Below are positions 32,971 through 42,762 of a DNA stretch of 64,000 nt, piece after piece; the first letter of the stretch is position 1; the number at the start of each line of letters is the position of its first letter. The notes under the pieces were generated by a model. The model worked only from the letters and a program-made list of their open reading frames with translations. It was not told where the DNA came from and did not search any database. The position numbers were made by a program, and so were the translations under genes. Origin of the DNA: an uncultured Aquiluna sp. (GTDB lineage Bacteria; Actinomycetota; Actinomycetes; Actinomycetales; Microbacteriaceae); assembly GCA_964597935.1 (NCBI GenBank), contig CAZQZY010000001.1:19765-83764 (forward strand), read 5' to 3'.

Positions 32971-33006
32971 TTGACACGGGCATACTTACACCGTTGTAAT
33001 TACACC
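32971..33006 (+). promoter_or_regulatory. whiB2 promoter region
   Basis: TTGACA overlapping a GACAC (WhiA-type) motif; TTACACCGTTGTAA imperfect palindrome; repeated TTACACC. Confidence 0.45.
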
Positions 33007-33037
33007 AACAAGATTCATAAGAAGGCAGGAAAAAGGC

Positions 33038-33343
33038 ATGGAACAACGCGGTCAGGTGCCTGCAAACTGGTTCATCGATGTCCTAAAGCTGGGGGTTTCA
33101 GGGGCATACGGCGATGGCGAGACCGATCCCCTAGCCTGGCAAGCAGACGCTCTCTGCTCGCAGACCGACCCAGAGGCCTTCTTTCCAGAAAAGGGTGGCT
33201 CGACTCGCGATGCCAAGCGCATCTGCGCCCAGTGCACCGTGAAGTCTGAGTGCCTCGAGTACGCACTAAAGAATGATGAGCGCTTTGGAATTTGGGGCGG
33301 GCTCTCCGAGCGTGAGCGTCGCCGCCTTCGCAAGCGCGCCTAG
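33038..33343 (+). CDS. whiB2: WhiB2/WhmD Fe-S transcriptional regulator
   Basis: WQADALCSQTDPEAFFPEKGGSTRDAKRIC..C...ECLEYAL...FGIWGGLSERERR. Confidence 0.92.
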   Translation: MEQRGQVPANWFIDVLKLGVSGAYGDGETDPLAWQADALCSQTDPEAFFPEKGGSTRDAKRICAQCTVKSECLEYALKNDERFGIWGGLSERERRRLRKRA

Positions 33344-33349
33344 TTAGTT

Positions 33350-35944
33350 ATGTCCGCGCTATCGGTAGCGGCTGTTGTTGTCTCTCACGCCAAGCCCGAT
33401 TACCTTAAGACCACTATCTCCGGGGTAACCTCCCAGTCGCTTCGGCCGAAACACATCATCGTTGTTGAGACCGCCAGCGATCCGCAGTCCATTGAGCTCA
33501 CTCGCGCAGCCGGACTGCAGCTGATTACACCGGGAAACCTGTCACTTGGCGCTGCTGTCTCCGCGGCGTTGGACGCCCTGCCCAGGGACTTTGGTTGGGT
33601 TTGGCTACTCCATGAGGACTCAGCTCCTGAAGTGGGTGCCCTATTCGCGCTCGCCCAAGCCGCGGAGATTTCGCCATCCGTCGCACTCATTGGTCCCAAG
33701 CTTCTTCACTGGGAGGAGCGCTCCAGGGTTCAGCAGCTCGGGTTGACTGCGACCAGGACCGGAAAGCCTTTTCTCCCGGTCGCCAATGAGTACGACCAGG
33801 GTCAACACGACAGCATTGCGGATGCCTTGGCGACCTCCTCTGCTGGCATGTTGGTAGCCGTTGAGGCCTGGGAACGGTTGGGCGGTTTCGAAGACTCAAC
33901 GCCGGTCTATGCCGCGGACCTTGAGCTGGGGCTGAGAGCAAGAGCGGCGGGTTACCGCGTAATGATTGAGCCCAGTGCTCGCGTCTACCATGCGGGTCTA
34001 TCGATGCAGGGCGAGCGAGATCGCTCCTGGACTGGCGGTTCTAGATATGTGGCCAGGTCAAAGGCACACATTCATATTGCGACCACTCTGCTTCCGCTCC
34101 CTGCGGTCGTCGCACTTTATTTGGCGATGCCGCTTATCGTTCTGGCTGGCATCCCATTCCACCTCTGGAGCAAACGACCCGGAAGAATCTTGGGTCAACT
34201 CAGGGGTTGGCTCTGGGCCTGGGGATCCGCATCAAATCGATTTGCGGCTCGGAAAAAGACCAGATCATTTGGCTCGTTGAATGCTGCCCGCAGTCTCTTG
34301 GCAACGAGCAAGCAGCTCAGGCAGCGCAGACTAGATGCCCTCATTGAGCTCCCGGATGAGCCAAAGACCAACAGCGGCATCTTCGCATCCAACCAAGCCT
34401 GGTTTGCCCTAGCGCCGCTGATTCTCAGCTTTAGCCTGTGGCCTCAGGGGGGCACCTTCTTTCAGGGCCTACTTCCGATCTCAAAGAGCTGGACCGAACT
34501 ATTTCAGGCCACTGCGGTCACCGGTCTACTCTCGGGCTATGGACTCAATGCCCCCAGCGACCCATTTAACTGGGCTCTGCTCGGTCTTTCCGCGATTTCG
34601 CCCCTGGGAGCGGATTGGGCCATTGCGCTTTGGCTATTTGCCGCACCAACCCTGGCCTTCTTTGTCGCTTGGCAGTTTGCCGGATTGTTTTCCCACAGAC
34701 CATTTCTTAGGACATTGGTTGGTCTTGGGTATGCCCTCTCGCCATTGGTGCTGGGCTCCGCACTCAAAGCCGACCTCGTCACCGTCACAGCGCTGATTTT
34801 TGCCCCACTTGTAATGCTGTTTGGGTATCGATCGGTGAAGAGTCAAACCAATCCGCGGGCGCTTCGGTGGGCGGGACTTCTAGCAATCTCCTTCTTTGCA
34901 CTGGCTGTTTCTTCTACTGCGGTGGCTCTGCTGCTGGCTCTTTATTTGCTCGCGCTAGGGACTTGGCATTTCAAGCGCCTACACCTGATGCTGCTATCAC
35001 TGATCCCGGCAGTGCTGGCACTTTGGAATTGGGTTGGGTTTTGGATCACACAGGAATCTTGGGTCGTGGGACTGCAATCCTCTTGGGCACAAGCTCAGCC
35101 CCTTGAGCTCGCAATAGCACCCTGGTCTATTTACCTTGCAGCCGCACTGGTTTTGGCTGGGCTTGGGATAGCCAGCGAAAAATCAGCCACCTTTGCTGCT
35201 GGCCTCACTTTCATGGTTGGCTTGGTTGCCCTCGGATACTTCCTGAGCTTCAGCTCTACCGTTGCCTTTGGGCTTGCAACCTTGATTGCGCTGGCTATTT
35301 CAGTGTCGGGGCTGCGTTTGAATGGCAAAGCGCTCGCAGCGGTCGGAGCTGCTGCACTTTTGCTGATCACCGGTTCGGGTGTTTGGCAAGCTTTGAATAC
35401 ACCTCGCCTGATAAGCGCAGAGGCGCGACTGATGCCAGCTTTGGTGATCGCGCAATCCGCAGCGAATTCAGGCGATGTGCTAACCCTTCGAATTACCCAA
35501 GCCGAGCAGGTTGAGGCTCAGTTGGTCTGGGGGGACGGTAATCAATTCGAGCAACGTGGGCTCGCCACTAACTATTTGGCTGCCGACACTAGAGCTCAGG
35601 ATGTTGCGCAACTCACTGCAGGATTACTTGCCGGTAATGGCGTTGGACTGGAAGCACTGATTCAAGATCTTGGGATTAGCTTTGTCCTACTGCATGCCGA
35701 AGATCCTGTTATCCAGGGCCAAAGCGAAGTGGCAATTTCGTCCCTTGAATACCTGCAGCCCGCAGGTAGCTCGGAGTTTGGTTTGCTGTGGCGAACCGAG
35801 GTTGTATCTAAAGAACTGCCTCGGGTGACCGATGACCCACTCAAGCAAGAGGTCGTTTGGAGCTTGGCAATCGCTGCCTTGCTTGCGCTACCAACCCCTG
35901 CAGTGGTGCGCGGATATCGTCGATCAAAGCGGGGTGAGCGATGA
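33350..35944 (+). CDS. GT2-family glycosyltransferase with large multi-TM C-terminus
   Basis: N-terminal GT-A domain (WVWLLHEDS, GPKL, LGGFE, DLELGLRA) followed by more than 10 TM segments; position after whiB2. Confidence 0.8.
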   Translation: MSALSVAAVVVSHAKPDYLKTTISGVTSQSLRPKHIIVVETASDPQSIELTRAAGLQLITPGNLSLGAAVSAALDALPRDFGWVWLLHEDSAPEVGALFALAQAAEISPSVALIGPKLLHWEERSRVQQLGLTATRTGKPFLPVANEYDQGQHDSIADALATSSAGMLVAVEAWERLGGFEDSTPVYAADLELGLRARAAGYRVMIEPSARVYHAGLSMQGERDRSWTGGSRYVARSKAHIHIATTLLPLPAVVALYLAMPLIVLAGIPFHLWSKRPGRILGQLRGWLWAWGSASNRFAARKKTRSFGSLNAARSLLATSKQLRQRRLDALIELPDEPKTNSGIFASNQAWFALAPLILSFSLWPQGGTFFQGLLPISKSWTELFQATAVTGLLSGYGLNAPSDPFNWALLGLSAISPLGADWAIALWLFAAPTLAFFVAWQFAGLFSHRPFLRTLVGLGYALSPLVLGSALKADLVTVTALIFAPLVMLFGYRSVKSQTNPRALRWAGLLAISFFALAVSSTAVALLLALYLLALGTWHFKRLHLMLLSLIPAVLALWNWVGFWITQESWVVGLQSSWAQAQPLELAIAPWSIYLAAALVLAGLGIASEKSATFAAGLTFMVGLVALGYFLSFSSTVAFGLATLIALAISVSGLRLNGKALAAVGAAALLLITGSGVWQALNTPRLISAEARLMPALVIAQSAANSGDVLTLRITQAEQVEAQLVWGDGNQFEQRGLATNYLAADTRAQDVAQLTAGLLAGNGVGLEALIQDLGISFVLLHAEDPVIQGQSEVAISSLEYLQPAGSSEFGLLWRTEVVSKELPRVTDDPLKQEVVWSLAIAALLALPTPAVVRGYRRSKRGER

Positions 35945-37221
35945 AGCTATTCCTCAAAGCGCTTGCCTACCTTGCTGCTCTCGGCCTCGTAGGTTCGCTG
36001 TATCTAGCCCCCCGAATTGAGCTACCCGAGGCCAGTGAGGCACAACTTGCTTCGGCAAGCGTTGATCCGATGCCAGTTACCGCTTTCTGCCCAGGGCCGC
36101 TTGCCGAGGTTGGTGGGGAGCAGGGCACTGATTTGGGTGAGATTTCAAGTGTTGGAAAGGCCACCTTCAATCTTTGGGGCACCGATGCAGAGGTCTCAGA
36201 GGATGGCGGTTTGTTTGCTCGGGTTGATACAGCTGAGCAATCGACCAAGGTGCTATCGGTAAATCAAACCCAGGCGATCAATCGCCCACGTCTCGCCGGT
36301 CTTGCGGCCACCTACTGCCCAATGCCGAGCGTATCCGGCTTCTTCGTAACTGGCGATTCGGGGCCTGGCAGCGAAACCGTGCTTCACCTTGCCAATCCAA
36401 ACGATGTTGATTTGATGGTTGAGCTTGAGCTCTCGCTGGAGGACGGAATCGAAACCGACAAAGTCTCGCTCGCCGCAAATGAGCAAAAGATGATTTCCCT
36501 GGTTGGTCTAAGCGGTGCGGATTCACAGTATGTGGTGCGCTACCAAACCAGCGGCCTGCCGGTTGCCGCGTTCTTGCAACACCGTGAGGTAAGCGGCCTG
36601 AGCGCAACTGGAGTGGCTCTAGTTGCACCAACAAAGCCAGTCAAGCAGGGCGCAATTTCGGGACTCGTAGTTGCCGAAAACGCCATCAAGGGTCCTGCAC
36701 TGAGGGTGTTCAACCCAGGGCTTGAGGGCGTTGAACTGAGTCTTCAGGCAATCGCCGGGGGCGAGTTTGAATTGATTCAAATTCGGGTTCCGGCTGGGGT
36801 TTTGGTGGAGCAGGAACTCAATTTGAAAGCGGGTTCAAACCTCGTCAGCTTTGAGGCAACCGGAGAGGTTTTAGTTGCAATCAGAAACGACGTAATCTCC
36901 CCCAAGGTCGACTTTTCTTGGCTGATTCCAAGCCAACTCTTTGAGCGCGATCTCTACCTCGCTGCTCCCGGTAGTTCACAGCTGCTGTTGGGTAACCCGA
37001 CTCTGGAGACGTTTACGGTGGTTGTGGTGGGTGAGCAAAGTGCCTCTGTAACGCTGCCTGCCAGATCACAGGTTGCTGTCCCGATCGAACGCGGACCGCT
37101 TCGAGTTCAAGGCACCGGCTTCCTGGCTGCCATCGAGATTTTGTCTAAGGCTGGTTATGAGGTTGTTCAGCCAACCGAGATGCGAAACATTGGCGAAAGC
37201 ATCGAAGTTTCAGTTCGCTAG
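35941..37221 (+). CDS. membrane-anchored DUF5719-like secreted protein
   Basis: N-terminal TM, CPGP, GLAATYC, LANP motifs; position after the GT2 gene. Confidence 0.65.
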   Translation: MKLFLKALAYLAALGLVGSLYLAPRIELPEASEAQLASASVDPMPVTAFCPGPLAEVGGEQGTDLGEISSVGKATFNLWGTDAEVSEDGGLFARVDTAEQSTKVLSVNQTQAINRPRLAGLAATYCPMPSVSGFFVTGDSGPGSETVLHLANPNDVDLMVELELSLEDGIETDKVSLAANEQKMISLVGLSGADSQYVVRYQTSGLPVAAFLQHREVSGLSATGVALVAPTKPVKQGAISGLVVAENAIKGPALRVFNPGLEGVELSLQAIAGGEFELIQIRVPAGVLVEQELNLKAGSNLVSFEATGEVLVAIRNDVISPKVDFSWLIPSQLFERDLYLAAPGSSQLLLGNPTLETFTVVVVGEQSASVTLPARSQVAVPIERGPLRVQGTGFLAAIEILSKAGYEVVQPTEMRNIGESIEVSVR

Positions 37222-37607
37222 TTTGGGTGAATTAGATCCCAGGGGTCAACATCAATTAGTGCAGCTGCAGCAGTAATAACGGCTTGCTCGATCTGAAGCC
37301 TAGGGTCGCTGATCCGAAACTTACCGATTCGTTGAATTGGAATCCGATAGAGCGTGATTCTCATGTTTTGTTTATCGGAGTGGAACCTGCGAATCGGTTC
37401 GTCTTCGCTAACCTGCGGCACGTCCTCAATCACCCAGCTCAATGAACCAAGTTTCTGTGGAAAAGTCTCTTTGAGGTATTCGCAGGTCTCGACCACAACG
37501 TCTTCAAAAAAGTGCCGTCTTGCGATGCCGTGGTGAAAGAGTTTGGAGGGGAGTGGACGGCGCATTCCTCGACCGTGGCGGTCGCGGCTAATCGGGCCCT
37601 GGTCCAT
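37218..37607 (-). CDS. Zincin_1/DUF1025-like protein, apparently without HExxH
   Basis: RDRHGRGMR N-terminus, IEDVP, ITLYRIPI; leaderless TACAAT-N6-ATG. Confidence 0.7.
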   Translation of the reverse strand: MDQGPISRDRHGRGMRRPLPSKLFHHGIARRHFFEDVVVETCEYLKETFPQKLGSLSWVIEDVPQVSEDEPIRRFHSDKQNMRITLYRIPIQRIGKFRISDPRLQIEQAVITAAAALIDVDPWDLIHPN

Positions 37608-37654
37608 GTCGCCATTGTATTCTTGCCGTGCCCGTTTACAGCTAAGAGGATTCT

Positions 37655-39055
37655 TTGGTTCAGTTCAGTGACTTCGTGAAAACCTACGACGTTAGAGGTT
37701 TGGTTGGATCCCAACTCACTCCAGAGATAGTCGAGGCCTTTGGGGCTGGTTTTGCAGATGAGCTTGAGCTCAGCGGTAAAGAGCTCGTCATCGGATATGA
37801 CATGCGTGATAGCTCAGCGGGTTTTGCTAATGCATTCGCTCAAGGGGCTGCCAAGCGTGGCGCCTCCTCCAAGATTCTCGGTCTTTGCTCAACAGACATG
37901 TCGTATTTCGCATCGGGCTCGATGCAACTTCCAGCGGTGATGTTTACCGCTAGTCATAACCCTGCCAGCTACAACGGAATGAAGTTTTCTCGAGCCGGCG
38001 CTCGCGGCATCTCCATGGACACCGGGCTGGGTGCCATCTCCAAGCGGGCAGAGGCATACCTGAACTCTGGGATTCAATCAGTTGCTCAACCGGGGGAAAG
38101 CTCAAGGGTTGATGTGATGGGTGACTACGTTCAATACCTTCGTTCCCTGGTCAGCTTCCAAGGCGCTCGCAAGCTCAAGATTGTCGTCGATGCGGCCAAC
38201 GGTATGGGCGGGCTGACTGTCCCGGCCGTTTTTGGTGAGGCTGCGGGTTTGGATGCCTTGGACTTCGAGATTGTGCCGATGTATTTCGAGTTAGACGGCA
38301 GTTTCCCAAATCACGAGGCCAACCCACTGGATCCGAAAAATCTTGTGGACCTTCAAAAGGCAGTTGTTCAGCACAAGGCGGATCTGGGTCTTGCCTTTGA
38401 TGGCGATGCCGATCGCTGTTTCGCAATTGATGAAAATGGTGTTGCCATAAGCCCGTCTGCGGTTGCTGCAATTGTTGCTAAGCGTGAGATTGAAAGAGTC
38501 AAAGCGCTTGGTGAAACCGATATCACGGTGATTCACAACGCGCTGACCTCGAGGTCTGTCGAGGAGGTCATTCGCGAGATGGGTGCCAAGCCATTTCGGA
38601 CCAGGGTGGGTCACTCCCTCATCAAAGATGCCATGGCCGAGACCAAGGCAGTCTTTGGTGGGGAGCACTCGGCCCACTACTACTTCAGAGATTTCTGGGG
38701 TGCAGATAATGGGATGTTGGCCGCCATGCACCTGGTCGCTGAAATCGCCGGCTCTGAAGAACCTGCATCAAAGCTTGGTGAGCGCTTCACTCCCTACTTC
38801 GCATCAGGTGAGATCAACTCGACCGTCGAGGACCGTGAAGCCGCATTAGCCAGAGTTAGGTCGGTGCTTCCCGAGGCTACCGAAGAGGTTTTTGACGGAA
38901 CCACCTTCAGCTACAAAGATGAAAAAAACTGGTGGTGGGCAAATATTCGTCCCTCAAACACCGAACCATTGCTTAGACTAAACGTGGAGTCCAGCCACGA
39001 GGCCTCGATGGTTGAGATTCGAGACAAAGCAATCAAAGCAATTCGCAATCTTTGA
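37655..39055 (+). CDS. manB: phosphomannomutase/phosphoglucomutase
   Basis: KTYDVRG, TASHNP, FDGDADR, GGEHSAH, RPSNTEP. Confidence 0.92.
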   Translation: MVQFSDFVKTYDVRGLVGSQLTPEIVEAFGAGFADELELSGKELVIGYDMRDSSAGFANAFAQGAAKRGASSKILGLCSTDMSYFASGSMQLPAVMFTASHNPASYNGMKFSRAGARGISMDTGLGAISKRAEAYLNSGIQSVAQPGESSRVDVMGDYVQYLRSLVSFQGARKLKIVVDAANGMGGLTVPAVFGEAAGLDALDFEIVPMYFELDGSFPNHEANPLDPKNLVDLQKAVVQHKADLGLAFDGDADRCFAIDENGVAISPSAVAAIVAKREIERVKALGETDITVIHNALTSRSVEEVIREMGAKPFRTRVGHSLIKDAMAETKAVFGGEHSAHYYFRDFWGADNGMLAAMHLVAEIAGSEEPASKLGERFTPYFASGEINSTVEDREAALARVRSVLPEATEEVFDGTTFSYKDEKNWWWANIRPSNTEPLLRLNVESSHEASMVEIRDKAIKAIRNL

Positions 39056-39079
39056 ATCGAGTATCGAAAGAGGCACGTA

Positions 39080-40534
39080 ATGAGCCAGACAATTACCCAG
39101 TTTGATTTCAAGGTCGCTGACCTTTCCCTAGCTGAAGCCGGCAGGCACCAGATTCGCCTTGCCGAGCAAGAGATGCCAGGCCTTATGGCACTGCGCAAGG
39201 AGTATGGTCCGACTCAACCGTTGAAAGGTGCCCGCATTGCAGGCTCACTTCACATGACGGTGCAGACCGCAGTTCTAATCGAGACTCTGGTTGAGCTTGG
39301 AGCCTCAGTTCGCTGGGCGAGCTGCAACATTTACTCAACCCAGGACGAGGCTGCCGCAGCGGTTGTGGTCGGCAAGGGAACCACCGAGTCGCCAGCTGGA
39401 ACACCAGTTTTCGCTTGGAAGGGCGAGACCCTGGAGGAGTACTGGTGGTGCACCGAGAAGATCTTTGACTTCTCAGCAGAGGGATTTGATGGTCCAAACC
39501 TGATTCTGGACGACGGTGGTGACGCCACGTTGTTGGTTCACAAGGGAGTTGAGTTTGAGAAGGCCGGCTCAGTTCCACCGGCAGGTCTAGATGACTCTCA
39601 CGAGTACCGGGTGATTCTTGACACCTTGACTGAGTCTCTTAAGCGCGACTCCAGCTACTACACCAGAGTTGCTGCCGGAATCATCGGAGTCTCAGAGGAG
39701 ACCACCACCGGTGTTCACCGTCTTTACGAGTTCTTCAAGCGCGGTGAGCTGCTGTTCCCGGCAATCAACGTGAATGATGCTGTGACCAAGTCAAAGTTTG
39801 ACAACAAGTACGGCATTCGCCACTCACTGCCAGATGGCCTAAACCGTGCCACTGACGTGCTGATGGGTGGAAAGGTTTGCTTTGTTGCTGGCTACGGCGA
39901 TGTTGGTAAGGGTTGTGCCGAGGCGCTTCGCGGTCAGGGTGCACGAGTCATCGTCTCTGAGATTGACCCAATCTGCGCGCTGCAGGCTGCCATGGACGGG
40001 TTCCAGGTGGCAACCCTTGAATCGGTAATCGATCAGATCGACATCTTCGTAACCTCAACCGGTAACGAGAACATCATCACCCCAGAGCATGTTCTGAAGA
40101 TGAAGAACCTCGCAATCCTTGCGAACGTTGGCCACTTCGACAACGAGATCGACATGGCAGGAATCGCCCAGATCCCAGGAGTTCAGAAGGTCGAGATCAA
40201 GCCACAGGTGCACGAGTGGAGATTGCCAAACGGTCGTGCCGTGCTGATCCTCTCCGAGGGTCGCCTGATGAACCTAGGAAACGCAACCGGACACCCATCA
40301 TTTGTGATGTCTACCTCGTTCTCGAACCAGGTATTGGCACAGATTGAGCTCTACCAGCGTGCTGCCGAATACGGACTCGGAGTCCACATTCTGCCTAAGC
40401 AGCTGGATGAGAAGGTGGCACGTTTGCACCTAGATGCTTTGGGCGTCGAGTTGACAAAACTAACCCCCTCTCAGGCAAGATACATTGGTGTAGCAGTTGA
40501 TGGACCATACAAGGTGGATCACTACCGCTACTAA
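39080..40534 (+). CDS. ahcY: adenosylhomocysteinase
   Basis: [46 protein letters not shown]. Confidence 0.97.
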   Translation: MSQTITQFDFKVADLSLAEAGRHQIRLAEQEMPGLMALRKEYGPTQPLKGARIAGSLHMTVQTAVLIETLVELGASVRWASCNIYSTQDEAAAAVVVGKGTTESPAGTPVFAWKGETLEEYWWCTEKIFDFSAEGFDGPNLILDDGGDATLLVHKGVEFEKAGSVPPAGLDDSHEYRVILDTLTESLKRDSSYYTRVAAGIIGVSEETTTGVHRLYEFFKRGELLFPAINVNDAVTKSKFDNKYGIRHSLPDGLNRATDVLMGGKVCFVAGYGDVGKGCAEALRGQGARVIVSEIDPICALQAAMDGFQVATLESVIDQIDIFVTSTGNENIITPEHVLKMKNLAILANVGHFDNEIDMAGIAQIPGVQKVEIKPQVHEWRLPNGRAVLILSEGRLMNLGNATGHPSFVMSTSFSNQVLAQIELYQRAAEYGLGVHILPKQLDEKVARLHLDALGVELTKLTPSQARYIGVAVDGPYKVDHYRY

Positions 40535-40546
40535 CAGGAGGTCGCA

Positions 40547-41227
40547 GTGTCTCACAAGATTCTTGTCGTTGACGATGATGATGCACTGCGCGAGATGGTC
40601 GGACTGGTGCTTTCGGGTGCTGGGTACGAGCCGGTGTTTGCCGCGGATGGCCTAACCGCAATCGATGTTTTCAATGAGTCGCACCCAGATTTGGTGCTGC
40701 TTGACATCATGCTTCCTGGCCAGTCCGGCATTGAGGTTTGTTCGCAAATTAGGTCGCACAGCGGTACCCCAATCATCATGCTCACTGCAAAAGGTGACAC
40801 CGATGATGTGGTTCGAGGCCTAGAGGCGGGTGCCGATGACTACGTGGTTAAGCCGCACAACGGCGCTGAGCTGCTAGCTCGCATCAAGGCGAGACTCCGC
40901 CCAGTTGTGGACGAGGGCAACAACCTTCAGGTTGGCCAAATTACGCTGGATCCGCTTTCGTTTGAAGTTAGAAGAGGCGACACCCCGATCTCCCTCACCC
41001 CACTTGAGTTCAAGCTGCTGCACACCTTGGCCACCAAGCCGCAGCAGGTCTTCTCGAGGGAGATGCTTCTAGAGCAGGTTTGGGGCTACCAGTACAAGGC
41101 TGATACCAGGCTCGTCAACGTTCACGTGCAGCGCTTGCGCTCGAAGGTTGAGGTTGACCCAGAGAATCCAAAGATTGTTCTTACGGTTCGCGGTCACGGT
41201 TACCGAGTTGGCACCGAAACTGCGTGA
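40547..41227 (+). CDS. mtrA: response regulator MtrA
   Basis: OmpR family; VWGYQYKADTRLVNVHVQRLRSK; synteny with mtrB-lpqB. Confidence 0.93.
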   Translation: MSHKILVVDDDDALREMVGLVLSGAGYEPVFAADGLTAIDVFNESHPDLVLLDIMLPGQSGIEVCSQIRSHSGTPIIMLTAKGDTDDVVRGLEAGADDYVVKPHNGAELLARIKARLRPVVDEGNNLQVGQITLDPLSFEVRRGDTPISLTPLEFKLLHTLATKPQQVFSREMLLEQVWGYQYKADTRLVNVHVQRLRSKVEVDPENPKIVLTVRGHGYRVGTETA

Positions 41228-42762
41228 AGTGGCTTAGAAAATCTCTAACGGCCAAAGCGGTACTAACCACCCTTGGTCTGAGTTTTCTGGCACTGGTGAC
41301 CCTCGGTGGGTTCCTCTCCTTTTCGCTAGCAAATGCCTTTTACCAAAACCGAGTAGAGCAGATACTTTCTGAGACGGAGCGAGCAGTTGGTTCGGTGCAG
41401 TCCACCATCGCAGCGGCATCACTCAACGACGAGACCAGTCTCCAGACAGTTTTGAATTCAGTCGTGCCATCCCTTCAAGTCTCCGGATCGACTGCCAATC
41501 GACAGGTGGCACTGTTGAGATCTCCCGGCCAGGCCCAGCTAGACCTGTTTCAGTCTCCGATATCCCCAGATCTGGATCTGAACTCCATACCCGAGGAGCT
41601 GCGACTTGAGGTTAGGGAGAATCCTGCCATCCTGAGCTACACCCCGATTGAGCTGAACAAAAATGGCGTCGTGGTTCCCGGTGTGACAGTAGGTGGTGCG
41701 ATCTCAGTTCCACTGGCTGGTGAGTTTGAGCTCTATCTCGTCTATGACCTCTCCCCGGAGCAGGAGGCCCTGGCGCTAGTTCAATCAGCACTGGCCGTCG
41801 GCGGAATCTTTCTAATCTTCATCATCGGTTTAGTCAGCTATTTGGTCACTAGGCGAGTTATTCAGCCGGTCGAGCAAGCTGCAAAGGCCGCCGAACTGCT
41901 AGCCCAGGGAAATCTTGATGAGCGACTTGGTGAGCGCGGCGATGACGTGGTTGCGCAGCTAGCCCGCTCCTTCAACAAGATGGCCACCAACCTGCAGCAG
42001 CAAATTCAAAAGCTGGATTCGCTCTCTCGCATGCAGCGCAGATTCGTATCTGATGTTTCGCACGAGCTCAGAACTCCACTAACCACGATCAAACTTGCCG
42101 GCGAGGTTATCTTCGCCAATCGCAAGGGACTTGATCCCGCGCTCTCTCGCTCAGCAGAGTTGATGCAAAACCAGATTGAACGCTTCGAAAGGCTGCTGGC
42201 GGACCTTTTGGAAATCTCAAGATACGACGCCGGAGCGGTCCAGGCTGAGTTGGAACTTCGCGATCTGAATGCGGTTGTGGGGTCTGCTATAGCCAGCATT
42301 GAGCCGCTGGCGGCAAGCAGAAACATGCCAATACAGGTGCAACTTCCAGCCAAGGCGGTTGAGGCAGAAATCGATTCCAAGCGCATTGAGCGCCTAATAG
42401 TGAACCTGCTCTCCAATGCGGTTGAACATGGTGAAGGAAAGCCCATTCAGGTGGAGGTTGGCGAAAACGCCAGCGCAGTTGCGGTTTGCGTTACCGATTT
42501 TGGCGTTGGCATGACAAAGCAGCAGCTGGAGCGAATCTTCGATCGATTCTGGAGGGCGGATCCAGCTAGACAGCGTTCGCTCGGTGGCACGGGTCTGGGC
42601 TTGGCAATCTCCAAGGAAGATGCCATCCTGCACCGCGGTTGGTTGCAGGTTTGGTCTAAACCAAAGCGTGGCTCAAGCTTTAGGTTGACGCTTCCAAAAC
42701 GCGCAGATTTGGTTATCGCAAACTCTCCACTCCCACTACCGCCGAGATCGATGGAGCCGTGA
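41224..42762 (+). CDS. mtrB: sensor kinase MtrB
   Basis: HAMP, QRRFVSDVSHELRTPLTT, FWRADPAR, GGTGLGL. Confidence 0.93.
   Translation: MKWLRKSLTAKAVLTTLGLSFLALVTLGGFLSFSLANAFYQNRVEQILSETERAVGSVQSTIAAASLNDETSLQTVLNSVVPSLQVSGSTANRQVALLRSPGQAQLDLFQSPISPDLDLNSIPEELRLEVRENPAILSYTPIELNKNGVVVPGVTVGGAISVPLAGEFELYLVYDLSPEQEALALVQSALAVGGIFLIFIIGLVSYLVTRRVIQPVEQAAKAAELLAQGNLDERLGERGDDVVAQLARSFNKMATNLQQQIQKLDSLSRMQRRFVSDVSHELRTPLTTIKLAGEVIFANRKGLDPALSRSAELMQNQIERFERLLADLLEISRYDAGAVQAELELRDLNAVVGSAIASIEPLAASRNMPIQVQLPAKAVEAEIDSKRIERLIVNLLSNAVEHGEGKPIQVEVGENASAVAVCVTDFGVGMTKQQLERIFDRFWRADPARQRSLGGTGLGLAISKEDAILHRGWLQVWSKPKRGSSFRLTLPKRADLVIANSPLPLPPRSMEP

Noticed and set aside
39056-39079. SAH riboswitch before ahcY
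   Set aside because: Only 24 bp separate it from manB and no motif is visible
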